Under the pieces are notes generated by a model. It searched no databases and was not told the origin of the DNA. It was given only the letters and a program-made list of their open reading frames with translations. A program made the position numbers and the translations under genes. This document shows, one piece after another, positions 47,849 to 56,831 of a stretch of 64,000 bases of DNA; position 1 is the stretch's first letter, and each line of letters starts with the position of its first letter. The DNA is taken from assembly GCA_965248575.1 (NCBI GenBank), contig CBDFJQ010000002.1, positions 2,944,001 to 3,008,000 of the forward strand, read 5' to 3'. The DNA comes from Planctomycetota bacterium. Lineage in GTDB: Bacteria > Planctomycetota > B15-G4.

Positions 47849-49294
47849 TCAGCTCAAGAGCCAAGACGTCTCAAAAACACTCGGCGCGAGTCGATGGGTG
47901 CGCCCGTCCTCTTCCACCTTGAGGCAGCGCTTCACGGCGAAGTCGAAGAGCAAGGGGTTGGCGTCATACACCGCATTGCAGAGCTCCCGTTCCCGGGGCG
48001 TCAGATATCCCTCTCGAACCAGCTTCCAGGTGCTGATGAGCGGGTTGATGGCGGGCAGCGGATAGTCGCTCCCATTCAGGAAGCGGTGGTGCAGATGCCC
48101 CGCCTTGAGCATGGCCCGCAGGGGGGCCTCGCAGCGATTGATCTGGGTGATGGCCGAGAGGTCGGCGAACAGCAGCCGCTCGTACCGAGCCTCATTCATC
48201 AGACGCAGGAGCAGGCGCCAGGAGGACTTCCGCGGCCGCGTGCCACCCGGAGCAGGTGGGCTTGAAGCGGCGGGTGGCAGCTCGGGCTGGACGACTTCCT
48301 GTGACGTCGCCGGGGCCTCACCAGGCACAGCTTCGGCAGCCAGGGCTTCCGACTCGCCAGCATCCTTGAGACCCCAAGGGGCTGGCGCCTGGCCCGTGGG
48401 CCGGGGAAGGAGCGGCGCATCCAGGTCCTCGTCGTCGCCCAAGCTCGCCCCATGGGCCACGATCACCTTCACACCGGCATCCAGAGGGCGCCGCAACAGA
48501 AGCGGGTTGCCAAAGCCCTGCTCGTGCCCCGCCATGGCCGCCTCTTCCCCGGCGTGTGTCAGCAACGGAAGCCCCAGATGGGCGAGGCGTTCGTAGAAGG
48601 CGTCGCACTCCGGCGAAGAAGGATTGATGCCCTGAACGCTCGGCAGCCATTTCACCAGGCGCGCCCCTGCGGCATGGGCGACATCCAGGCGCTGCACGGC
48701 ATCGCGCCGGTAGGGATGGATGGAAACGCCCGCCTCGAACTCCGGGTGCTCGCGTGCCAGCGACAACACGTACTCGTTGGGCGTGAAGAAGGGGACCTGA
48801 CCGATGCGCACATGCCCCCCGACCTCGACCACCTCATCGAGCGCCAGCAGCAGCATGCGACCGTCGGGGTTCGCGCCGCGCTGCAGGGCCAACAGCCGCT
48901 CGACGTACGCGCGATCCAGGTCGCCGGGAGCGGCATCCGCCACACCGGTCGCCGCCAGGTAGATGTCGTATCGGAAGCGTTCCACGAGGTTCAGGTGGTT
49001 GCGAACGGATTCTGACACCCGGCAGCCGGTCCCCTGGCCCATGCGAGGCACCTCGCCGAGAACACCCCCACCCAACGCGGCGCTCGTTTCGCCGGTGCCG
49101 ATGAGATGGGCATGCATGTCCCACATCTGCCGCCGGTCGAGCCCTGCAAACAGGCCTTCGACGAACTGTGCCGCCTCACCCTCCAGGGGGCGCGGCGCGG
49201 GCACCCTCAACGCGTGTGGCACGGCGTAGCGCGCCGCGATCAGCGCTGCGGACGACAGCCCGGCCACTTGCAGGAGTCGGCGCCGACTCAACAT
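47849..49294 (-). CDS. Tat-exported amidohydrolase family protein
   Basis: SRRRLL Tat signal; DMHAH, SIHPYR, VKW, THAGEE, AHG, GSDYP. Confidence 0.88.
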   Translation of the reverse strand: MLSRRRLLQVAGLSSAALIAARYAVPHALRVPAPRPLEGEAAQFVEGLFAGLDRRQMWDMHAHLIGTGETSAALGGGVLGEVPRMGQGTGCRVSESVRNHLNLVERFRYDIYLAATGVADAAPGDLDRAYVERLLALQRGANPDGRMLLLALDEVVEVGGHVRIGQVPFFTPNEYVLSLAREHPEFEAGVSIHPYRRDAVQRLDVAHAAGARLVKWLPSVQGINPSSPECDAFYERLAHLGLPLLTHAGEEAAMAGHEQGFGNPLLLRRPLDAGVKVIVAHGASLGDDEDLDAPLLPRPTGQAPAPWGLKDAGESEALAAEAVPGEAPATSQEVVQPELPPAASSPPAPGGTRPRKSSWRLLLRLMNEARYERLLFADLSAITQINRCEAPLRAMLKAGHLHHRFLNGSDYPLPAINPLISTWKLVREGYLTPRERELCNAVYDANPLLFDFAVKRCLKVEEDGRTHRLAPSVFETSWLLS

Positions 49295-49549
49295 CCGTGG
49301 TCCGCCTCATGCGCTGGAAGCACCGCCGTGCTGCAAGACTTTGCTCGGGTCGTCGTGGCCATGGAGCCCATCATGCGTCGCCCTCTACCAAGGTGAAAGG
49401 ACGGAGACGGTGCGGCGCCATGGACAAGATGACTCCTTCCTTTATCGTAGACGGGTTCCAGCGGCCCTCGGGATGCCCGATCGGGACACAGCCGCGTCGA
49501 TGCGATCTCTCAGCTGTTTCCCCGACTCCGACCCTCCCACGAGACCTCG

Positions 49550-50884
49550 ATGCGCCCGCAGGCCCGCTACAAGCTCGGCATCCTGCTCGGCACACTCGTG
49601 ATCCTAGGGGGTGTCCTGCTCGGCACCCATGCGGGCCGGTCGCTGCTCAGGACGCTCGCGGGTCGACGTTCGTGGGCTGTTCCAGACGAACTACCGCGCT
49701 TGCTGCACGTCGGCGGCGGAAAGTCGGCCCGTGTCTGGTCCGCCGAGATGATCGCCGACACGCGCGCGCGCTTGCTGCCGACGGATGCACCCGAGCCCTT
49801 CGACATCATCTACTCCCTGTGGCCCGACGAGGAAACCTCCTACAGCCTGCGCCCCATCCTGCGTGACCATGTCAGCAAGCACTGGGACCCCATCGCCCTG
49901 GATCGACCGTACCCGAACAACAAGTACAGCCTGCGCTGGCCGGAACACGAAGACGGCAAGATCCGGCTCGTGACGAATGAATACAGCATGCGTCGCGACA
50001 ACGCCGTGCCCCAGGAGAAGACCGGACAGCGGGTGCTTGTCATCGGCGACAGCCACACCTACGGGCTGGTGAACAACGACGAGTCCTATCCCAGCCTGCT
50101 TCAAGCGCAGCTGCAGGCCGGGCCGGGCCCCTGGAATGCGCCCGCCGTCGCCTTCCCCCCCGCTTCAAGCGACAGCCAGCTCGCCGAAGCCAATCAGGCC
50201 CCTGCGGTCTCCCCGCCGGAGGTCTTCAACGTCGGCGTCAGCAGCACGGGCCCCTTCGAATTCATTGGTTCCTATCTGCGCTTCCAGGAGATCCAACCGG
50301 ACGTGGTGGTCTGTGCGCTCTTCACCGGAAACGATTTCGCAAACGTCATGCCCTTCTTGAACCACTTCCTCGGGCGCAAGCCCACCCGTTGGTTTAACCA
50401 TCGCGAGCGACTTCGGAACGCCGAAGTGCGCAGGACGTTCCTCAGCCCCGTCGCTCAGGGATTCAGCCAAGCCCACCGATTCAACCATCAGTTCGGCGAG
50501 GCAGAGAGCGCTCTCGACACCGCGGTGGCATGCTTCCTGGAACTCCAGCGCCTGACGAGCCAGCGCAACGTCACGCTGATCGCAGCGATCCTGCCCACCA
50601 AGGTCGACGTCGAGTCGAACGACGACCGGGAACAGACCGACGCGATCCTGGCAGCTCTGGAACTCACGCGCGAGCAGTACGACATCAACCGGAAGCTCGC
50701 GGAGCGCTTTGCCGAGCTGCTCCGGGAGCAGGGCGTCCACGTCGTGGAACTCCAAGCGAGCATGCAGGCGGAGACCACGCCGCTCTTCTGGCGCAAGGAC
50801 TACCACCTGAACGTGGACGGCCACGCGTTTGTGGCCCGAGCCTTGCTCGAGTCGGTGGGGTCAGCGCTCGAAGAGCTGCGCTAG
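49550..50884 (+). CDS. Membrane-anchored SGNH/GDSL hydrolase family protein
   Basis: GDSHTYG, GND, DYHLN motifs; N-terminal TM. Confidence 0.85.
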   Translation: MRPQARYKLGILLGTLVILGGVLLGTHAGRSLLRTLAGRRSWAVPDELPRLLHVGGGKSARVWSAEMIADTRARLLPTDAPEPFDIIYSLWPDEETSYSLRPILRDHVSKHWDPIALDRPYPNNKYSLRWPEHEDGKIRLVTNEYSMRRDNAVPQEKTGQRVLVIGDSHTYGLVNNDESYPSLLQAQLQAGPGPWNAPAVAFPPASSDSQLAEANQAPAVSPPEVFNVGVSSTGPFEFIGSYLRFQEIQPDVVVCALFTGNDFANVMPFLNHFLGRKPTRWFNHRERLRNAEVRRTFLSPVAQGFSQAHRFNHQFGEAESALDTAVACFLELQRLTSQRNVTLIAAILPTKVDVESNDDREQTDAILAALELTREQYDINRKLAERFAELLREQGVHVVELQASMQAETTPLFWRKDYHLNVDGHAFVARALLESVGSALEELR

Positions 50885-50893
50885 CAGCGCGTC

Positions 50894-52432
50894 TCAGTAG
50901 GCCTGGGAGAAGATGACTTCCTCGTCGCAGGGTTCGCCGGAGAGGATGCAGGGTCCGTTGCTGCCGTCCTGATCGAAGGGGATGCAGCGCACGGTGGCCT
51001 TGGTGTCGTCCTTGACCTTCTGCTCCATGGCCCTGTCGGGCTTGAAGAAGCAGCGCACGAAGCCGCCCTCGGTCTTCAGGATCTCCTTCAGCTCGTCGTA
51101 GCTCGTGGCGCGACGGATGTTGGCGATCTGGAAAGCGCGGGCCTTCTCCAGCAGCGCGGCTTGGGCGGCGTCGAGGATGCCGCGCAGCCATTCGGGCGTG
51201 GCCATGGCGAAGTCCAGGAACTCCTTCTCGCGGTCCACGCGCCGCTTGAGCACGAAGGTCTGCTTCTCCACGTCCCGGGGGCCCACCTCGATCCGGAAGG
51301 GCACGCCCCGCTGCTCCCAGTGGTACTGCTTGTCACCGGGCCGCACCGAACGCCAGTCCACGATCACCTTCTGGTGGGTGTTCTTGTCGAAAAAGTAGTT
51401 CTTCACGCCGCCCGGGGCGAGGCGATTCTCAGCTGCCGCGACCTCGGTCTCGCCCACCAGCTGCGTGACCAGGGTCTCGATGGCCGCAGCCACCTGGGCC
51501 TTGTCCTCGTCCTTGCGGAAGATGGGGATGATGGCCAGCACGATGGGCGCCACCTTGGGCGGCAGCACCAAACCCTCGTCGTCACTGTGCGCCATGATCA
51601 GCGCGCCGATCAGACGCGTGGACACGCCCCAGCTCGTCGTCCACGCCAGGTGCTGCTTGTTGTCGCGCCCCAGGTAGTCGATGTCGAAGGCCTTCGAGAA
51701 GTTCTGGCCCAGGTTGTGGCTCGTGCCGCACTGCAGCGCCTTGCCGTCCTGCATCATGCCTTCGATGGTGTAGGTCTCGTTGGCACCGGGGAAGCGCTCG
51801 AAGGGTGTCTTGCGACCCTTGACCACCGGCAGTGCCAGGGACTCTTCCACGAAGTCGGCGTAGACGTCGAGCATGCGCAGGGTCTCCTCCTGTGCCTCGT
51901 CCGCCGTCTCATGGGCCGTGTGGCCTTCTTGCCACAGGAACTCCGCCGTGCGCAGGAACAAGCGCGTGCGCATCTCCCAGCGCATGATGTTCGCCCATTG
52001 ATTGATGAGCACGGGCAGGTCGCGGTAGCTCTGGACCCACTGGCTGTACATGTGGCCGATGATGGTCTCGGAGGTGGGCCGCACGATGAGCGGCTCCTCC
52101 AGCTTGCCCGCGGGCTTCAGGCCCCCCGCGCCATCCTTCTCGAGCTTGCTGTGCGTCACGACGGCGCACTCCATGGCAAAGCCCTCGACGTGCTGGGCCT
52201 CCTTGGCCAGGAAACTCTGGGGGATCAGCAGGGGGAAGTAGGCGTTGACGTGCCCCGTCTCCTTGAAGCGCGCGTCGAGGTCCTTCTGGATCGCCTCCCA
52301 GACCGCGAAGCCCTCCGGACGGATGACCATGCACCCACGGACCGGACTGTGGTCCGCCAGCTCACCGGCTTTGATGACGTCGAGGTACCACTGGGCGTAG
52401 TCCTCGCTGCGGGGCTTGATGTTGCGGGCCAT
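50894..52432 (-). CDS. proS: Proline--tRNA ligase (archaeal/eukaryote-like type)
   Basis: RPTSE, RWEMRTRLFLRTAEFLWQEGHT, TSHNLGQNF, SWGVSTR, C-terminal AY. Confidence 0.97.
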   Translation of the reverse strand: MARNIKPRSEDYAQWYLDVIKAGELADHSPVRGCMVIRPEGFAVWEAIQKDLDARFKETGHVNAYFPLLIPQSFLAKEAQHVEGFAMECAVVTHSKLEKDGAGGLKPAGKLEEPLIVRPTSETIIGHMYSQWVQSYRDLPVLINQWANIMRWEMRTRLFLRTAEFLWQEGHTAHETADEAQEETLRMLDVYADFVEESLALPVVKGRKTPFERFPGANETYTIEGMMQDGKALQCGTSHNLGQNFSKAFDIDYLGRDNKQHLAWTTSWGVSTRLIGALIMAHSDDEGLVLPPKVAPIVLAIIPIFRKDEDKAQVAAAIETLVTQLVGETEVAAAENRLAPGGVKNYFFDKNTHQKVIVDWRSVRPGDKQYHWEQRGVPFRIEVGPRDVEKQTFVLKRRVDREKEFLDFAMATPEWLRGILDAAQAALLEKARAFQIANIRRATSYDELKEILKTEGGFVRCFFKPDRAMEQKVKDDTKATVRCIPFDQDGSNGPCILSGEPCDEEVIFSQAY

Positions 52433-52466
52433 GGGTCTGGGGTCCTTACGGGATCTTCATGGGTGG

Positions 52467-52494
52467 CGTCACTCGCCGTCACTCGCCGTCACTC
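52467..52494. repeat. 10-bp direct repeat x2.8 (cgtcactcgc) upstream of proS
   Basis: Directly visible. Confidence 0.75.
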
Positions 52495-52578
52495 ATGGCA
52501 AAGCGAGGGCGCGGCCAAGCGGGGCATTCTGGACAGGCGAGCGGCCAGCGTCCAGCAAGGAGTCCGGGGCCGCCCCGC

Positions 52579-53811
52579 TCAGCCCCGGAATCGCCGGGCG
52601 AGATCCGCCGGCAGGATCGGGCAGGCAGCGTCCGGCTTGGCGAAGAGCGAGGAGCGCGCGGCAGCCACGACGTTGTAGACACCGTCCCGGAGCGGCCGGG
52701 GCACAAGCCGCCCGCAGGCGGCGACGAAGCGCCACAGACCACCCAGGCGCCTCAGGCAGTGAAGGGCCGCATCCGAACGCATGAGAAGGTCGCCGCAGGG
52801 CGTCAGCACCACGACGCTGTCAGGCAATCCGACCCGATTCTCGGCTGGCACCGTCTGCTGGAAACTGTCTCCCTGCAGGGGTGCGTAGACAAAGGTGTCG
52901 CCAGGCACGTCCTCAGCCAGGAGGTAGCGCACGAAGCGATGACACAGGCCGCAGTACCCATCGTAGAAGACCGTGCTGGCGCCCGGACCACCTCGCGCTT
53001 TCAGCCAAGCAGGGTCGAAGCAGAACAACTGGAGCATGAGCACCGCCGCCACCAAGCCCGTGACGTCGAACAACAGAGGCAGGCAGAGGTTGAGGGCGAG
53101 CAGGATCAGCCACAGCCACGGACGCAAGCGTGCAGACAGGGCGAGCGGACCGAAGAGCAGCGCGAAGCCCAGCACGCCCCAGCTCAACGCCTCCAGCACG
53201 AGTGCTGGTAGGCCGAGCAGGAGCTCACCGAGAGCGCCTTGCCGGGACAAGGGCCCTTCCAAGCTGGCCGCCAACACGCTGCCGTCCCGCCAGACCTCGC
53301 TGCCCAAGCGCCAGGCGGCCGCGAAGCTGAGGCCACCCGCCAGGAGCAACCACGCCATTCGCAACGGCAGCGCTGCCGGGCGCCAGTCGCCGCGCGGATC
53401 GAGGCGGCCCCGGGCTCGCCATGAGCCATAGGGCACCGCAGGCATCGCAGCGTGCAATACCAACATGACCACCAATACCCCCTGCCCCGCGGCGGGCATG
53501 AAGGGGTCACGTCCCAGGAGAGCCGCCCAGAGTGCGGCCGCCGCCAGCGCGCTTCCCCGGTCCTGCCAACCCAAGGCCAGCAGCACGTGCAGCACGCAGC
53601 CCACGGCAAGGGCCGCCGTGAGCATGCCAGCGTTCACACCCCCCACAAGCTGCTCTCGATGCAGCAGCAGCCAAGCGAAGTGGCCTAGCAAGCTGACACC
53701 CAGCACGAAGCGAAAAGCGCTGTATTGGCCCCCGGTCCAACGGCCCCGCAGCGCCTCGGCCTGCGCCGAAGCACCCGATGTCACAGCCGTCGCCTGGGAG
53801 GGAGCGCTCAT
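52579..53811 (-). CDS. HTTM-like membrane domain fused to DCC1/DUF393 thiol-disulfide oxidoreductase
   Basis: Multiple TMs with WRDG; C-terminal FYDGYCGLC motif; start uncertain. Confidence 0.85.
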   Translation of the reverse strand: MSAPSQATAVTSGASAQAEALRGRWTGGQYSAFRFVLGVSLLGHFAWLLLHREQLVGGVNAGMLTAALAVGCVLHVLLALGWQDRGSALAAAALWAALLGRDPFMPAAGQGVLVVMLVLHAAMPAVPYGSWRARGRLDPRGDWRPAALPLRMAWLLLAGGLSFAAAWRLGSEVWRDGSVLAASLEGPLSRQGALGELLLGLPALVLEALSWGVLGFALLFGPLALSARLRPWLWLILLALNLCLPLLFDVTGLVAAVLMLQLFCFDPAWLKARGGPGASTVFYDGYCGLCHRFVRYLLAEDVPGDTFVYAPLQGDSFQQTVPAENRVGLPDSVVVLTPCGDLLMRSDAALHCLRRLGGLWRFVAACGRLVPRPLRDGVYNVVAAARSSLFAKPDAACPILPADLARRFRG

Positions 53812-53859
53812 GGGTCTAGTGTGCCCCATCGGATCCGTGGTGGTCACCCTCTGAGGCGA

Positions 53860-56124
53860 CTACTTCACATAGCCCAGGGCGCGCAGCTCTTCGATGTCCT
53901 CGGCGGCCATACCGCTGGTGTCGATCGCAATCTGATCGGCGCTCGTGGTGGTGTAGAAGACCAGCGCCCCGGCGGGTTCGTCCCAACCCTCCCGGGAGGC
54001 CAGCAACTTGCCGATCAGACGCTCGTCCCTCTGGAGCACGAAGGAGAACTCGTTGGTGGAGACGCGCGTCCCGTTCAGCAGCAGGTCCTTCGAGTCGGGC
54101 CAGCGCCCGTCGAGCAGTGGGGCCGCCAGCAGACGTCCCTTGGCGGCAGGCCAGCTGATCTGGACCCGCTCCGCACCTGTCGCCGCCGAACCCTGGAGGC
54201 GCGCGATGCGCTCGCTGGGCCCCGCCTTCAACAGGCTGAAGCCCTGGGACTCCGTCAGGCGCAAGCCGGTGGGCGCCCCCTCGTCGAATTGCAGCTCCAC
54301 CAGAACATCGCCGACGCGAGCGGGGTCGACAGCAAGGCTCCAGCGGCCCTGCTTGTTGTCGCGCTCGATGCGGACGCTGCTGGGTGCAGCACCCACCGCG
54401 CCCAGGTCCGACGGGTCCGACGCGTCCCGTTCCACCCAGAGCGGCACCGCCGCCGTCTGTGCCAAGGGTGTCCGTCCGAGGTAGATGGAACCCGGGTAGG
54501 CCCCCGTGACCGTCGCGCTTCCGGCTCCCGTGCGCGAGAGTCTCCACTCACAACGCTGCATGGGGCGGTCGAGCAGCAGCAAGACGTCCACCGGTTCGTC
54601 GGACACGCTCACTTCGAATCGGTGCTGTTGGCCGTCGCTCACGAGCCCGCTGGCACCCAGCGCAGACTCCAGCTGCGCGGAGCCGAGCCGCACCTCCAGC
54701 GACACCGTGTAGTCATCCGCCTCGGGCAACAGCCGCACGCCCAGGGCGTTCTTCGGCCGGAAGGCCTTCATGCTCTCTCGCAAGCCATGCAGAGTGGCGG
54801 CCGGCAGCTCGCCCGACAGCTCGCGCGTCTCGCGCGGGTCGTCGGCCCAGGCGAACACGGCGGGCTCGGGATCCAAGCCATCCACGTACTTCAGCTGCGC
54901 CGTGCGCAAGCCCTTCTCCACATGGTCCGAGGACTCCACGAACACCTGCTCGTGCACCCGCGCGTCGGGGTCGTCCAGCAGCGGCACGAGGCTGCGCCCT
55001 TCGCTGACAGGTTCGGGTTCCAGGCCCAGCAGCTCCACCACCGTCGGCAGCAGATCGATGTTCTGGGTCAAGGATGTGCAGTGGCTGGCCACGGTCTGGC
55101 CGGGCAGCTTGATCAGCAAGGGCGTGCGGGTCACCCCTTCATACAAGCGCTGATGGCTGAAGTTGATGTTGCCGTGACCCCAGCTCTCGTCCTCGAGATT
55201 CTCGCCGTGGTCCGCCAACACGATCACCAGGGCTTCGTCGAAGAGCCCCTCGCCGCGCAGTCGATCGAAGAGCCGCCCCAGTTCTTGATCACAAGCCCTG
55301 ATCTCGCCGTCGTAGAGCGCGCGACCATCGGCGAGGCGCACCGCCTTGCGAACAACCTCGTCCTCGATCTCGTTGATGAAGAACTCGCGCTCCCGACCGC
55401 GGGGTTTCAGCGTTGCCAGCTGCGCCTCGTACTCCGGGTGCCCCGCTTGCCGCAGGTGCTCGGCGAGGAAACGATTGCGGTGCGCCTCGGGCGGGTCATA
55501 GGGCGTGTGCGGGTCGAAGTAATGTGTCCAAAGGAAGAGCGGCTTCTGCGGCGCCTCGACCTTCCAGCGTTCCAGCTGCGTGAACGCGCGCTCGTTGGTG
55601 TGGTCGGCCTTGCCCACCACGTGCCGCCGCTCCTCGGCCGGGATGTAGCCGGGCAAGGTGGAGAAGGCAGCCCAGCCCCGGTCCATGGCGGTGCCCGGCA
55701 TGCGCTGGGTCATGCTCGGGTGACTCAGGACGGCCGCGCTGTAGTAACCCGCGGCCGAGAGGCGCTCGGCGAGGGTGGACGCTTCGCCATTCCCGCTGGA
55801 CACCCCCTCCACGGGCACCGCCGTGTAGTTGCGGTGGGTCTTGGGGTAGAGCCCGGTGAGAACCGAGGTGATGGACGCGAAGGTGGCGTTGCACTGGGTC
55901 GTGTTGGCCGAGAAGCGGTGCGACTGAGCCGCGAGCGCATCCAGGGTGGGGCTCGTGGGCAGCTCGTAGCCCTCAAAACCCAGGTGATCCGCCCGCAGGG
56001 TGTCGATGATCACGAGCACCACCGGCGGGCGTTCCGGGAAACGCGCCGGGGGCGGCGCAGGCTCGCTGCAGGCAGCCGCCAGCACCAGCAGGAGGGGCAA
56101 CAAGACAGACTTCGCGCACGTCAT
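53860..56124 (-). CDS. Sulfatase-like (alkaline phosphatase superfamily) lipoprotein with non-canonical active-site motif
   Basis: Lipobox AAAC; IDTLRADH, HYFDPHTPY, ADHGE, LRALGY; TFASITSVLTG in place of CxPxR. Confidence 0.85.
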   Translation of the reverse strand: MTCAKSVLLPLLLVLAAACSEPAPPPARFPERPPVVLVIIDTLRADHLGFEGYELPTSPTLDALAAQSHRFSANTTQCNATFASITSVLTGLYPKTHRNYTAVPVEGVSSGNGEASTLAERLSAAGYYSAAVLSHPSMTQRMPGTAMDRGWAAFSTLPGYIPAEERRHVVGKADHTNERAFTQLERWKVEAPQKPLFLWTHYFDPHTPYDPPEAHRNRFLAEHLRQAGHPEYEAQLATLKPRGREREFFINEIEDEVVRKAVRLADGRALYDGEIRACDQELGRLFDRLRGEGLFDEALVIVLADHGENLEDESWGHGNINFSHQRLYEGVTRTPLLIKLPGQTVASHCTSLTQNIDLLPTVVELLGLEPEPVSEGRSLVPLLDDPDARVHEQVFVESSDHVEKGLRTAQLKYVDGLDPEPAVFAWADDPRETRELSGELPAATLHGLRESMKAFRPKNALGVRLLPEADDYTVSLEVRLGSAQLESALGASGLVSDGQQHRFEVSVSDEPVDVLLLLDRPMQRCEWRLSRTGAGSATVTGAYPGSIYLGRTPLAQTAAVPLWVERDASDPSDLGAVGAAPSSVRIERDNKQGRWSLAVDPARVGDVLVELQFDEGAPTGLRLTESQGFSLLKAGPSERIARLQGSAATGAERVQISWPAAKGRLLAAPLLDGRWPDSKDLLLNGTRVSTNEFSFVLQRDERLIGKLLASREGWDEPAGALVFYTTTSADQIAIDTSGMAAEDIEELRALGYVK

Positions 56125-56237
56125 GTGGCCAGCCTATCACCGCAGTCCTGGACGCACGCACGACCAAGACCGATCATGCAGGGCTCACGACCGCGCCCTC
56201 TTGATCACGCCCCACCCCACTCCACCGGATGCATCCC

Positions 56238-56831
56238 ATGGACGTCCTCGCCAAAGCCACTGCCGTCGACCCCGACATCCTCGCCAACCTGGGGCCGCTG
56301 GCCAACCTGGCCGGAGTCTGGGAGGGGGACGAAGGCGTCGACACCTCGCCCACGAGCAACGGGACCGAGGTCACCAAGTACCGCGAGCGCGCGGTGTTCA
56401 CGCCCATGGGCCCCGTGGTCAACGGCCCCCAGGTGATGTACGGCCTGCGCTACTCCACCACCGCCTGGCCCCTGGGCTCCGAAGACCCCTTCCACGAAGA
56501 GCTCGGCTACTGGCTGTGGGACGCCAAGCGCAACCTGGTCATGCGCTGCTTCATGGTGCCCCGGGCCGTGCAAGTCTCCGCGGGCGCCACGGTGCAGGCG
56601 GACGCCACCCGCTTTCTCATGAAGGCCGAGGCGGGCAACAACGTTTTCGGCATTCTCTCGAACCCCTTCCTGCACGAGTTCACCAACACCGAACGCTACG
56701 AGTGCGACGTCACGATCCAAGCCCACGGCAGCTTCACCTATGCCGAGGACACGGTGCTGCGCATCCACGGGCACGATGAGGTGTTCCACCACACGGACGA
56801 GAACAGCCTCACGCGGGTCAGCGACGCGTGA
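56238..56831 (+). CDS. Nitrobindin/FABP-like (DUF1794) beta-barrel protein
   Basis: LGPLANLAGVWEG, FHEELGYWLWD, C-terminal HTD. Confidence 0.85.
   Translation: MDVLAKATAVDPDILANLGPLANLAGVWEGDEGVDTSPTSNGTEVTKYRERAVFTPMGPVVNGPQVMYGLRYSTTAWPLGSEDPFHEELGYWLWDAKRNLVMRCFMVPRAVQVSAGATVQADATRFLMKAEAGNNVFGILSNPFLHEFTNTERYECDVTIQAHGSFTYAEDTVLRIHGHDEVFHHTDENSLTRVSDA

Noticed and set aside
53725..56436. 903-aa + strand ORF
   Set aside because: Antisense shadow of the sulfatase-like gene
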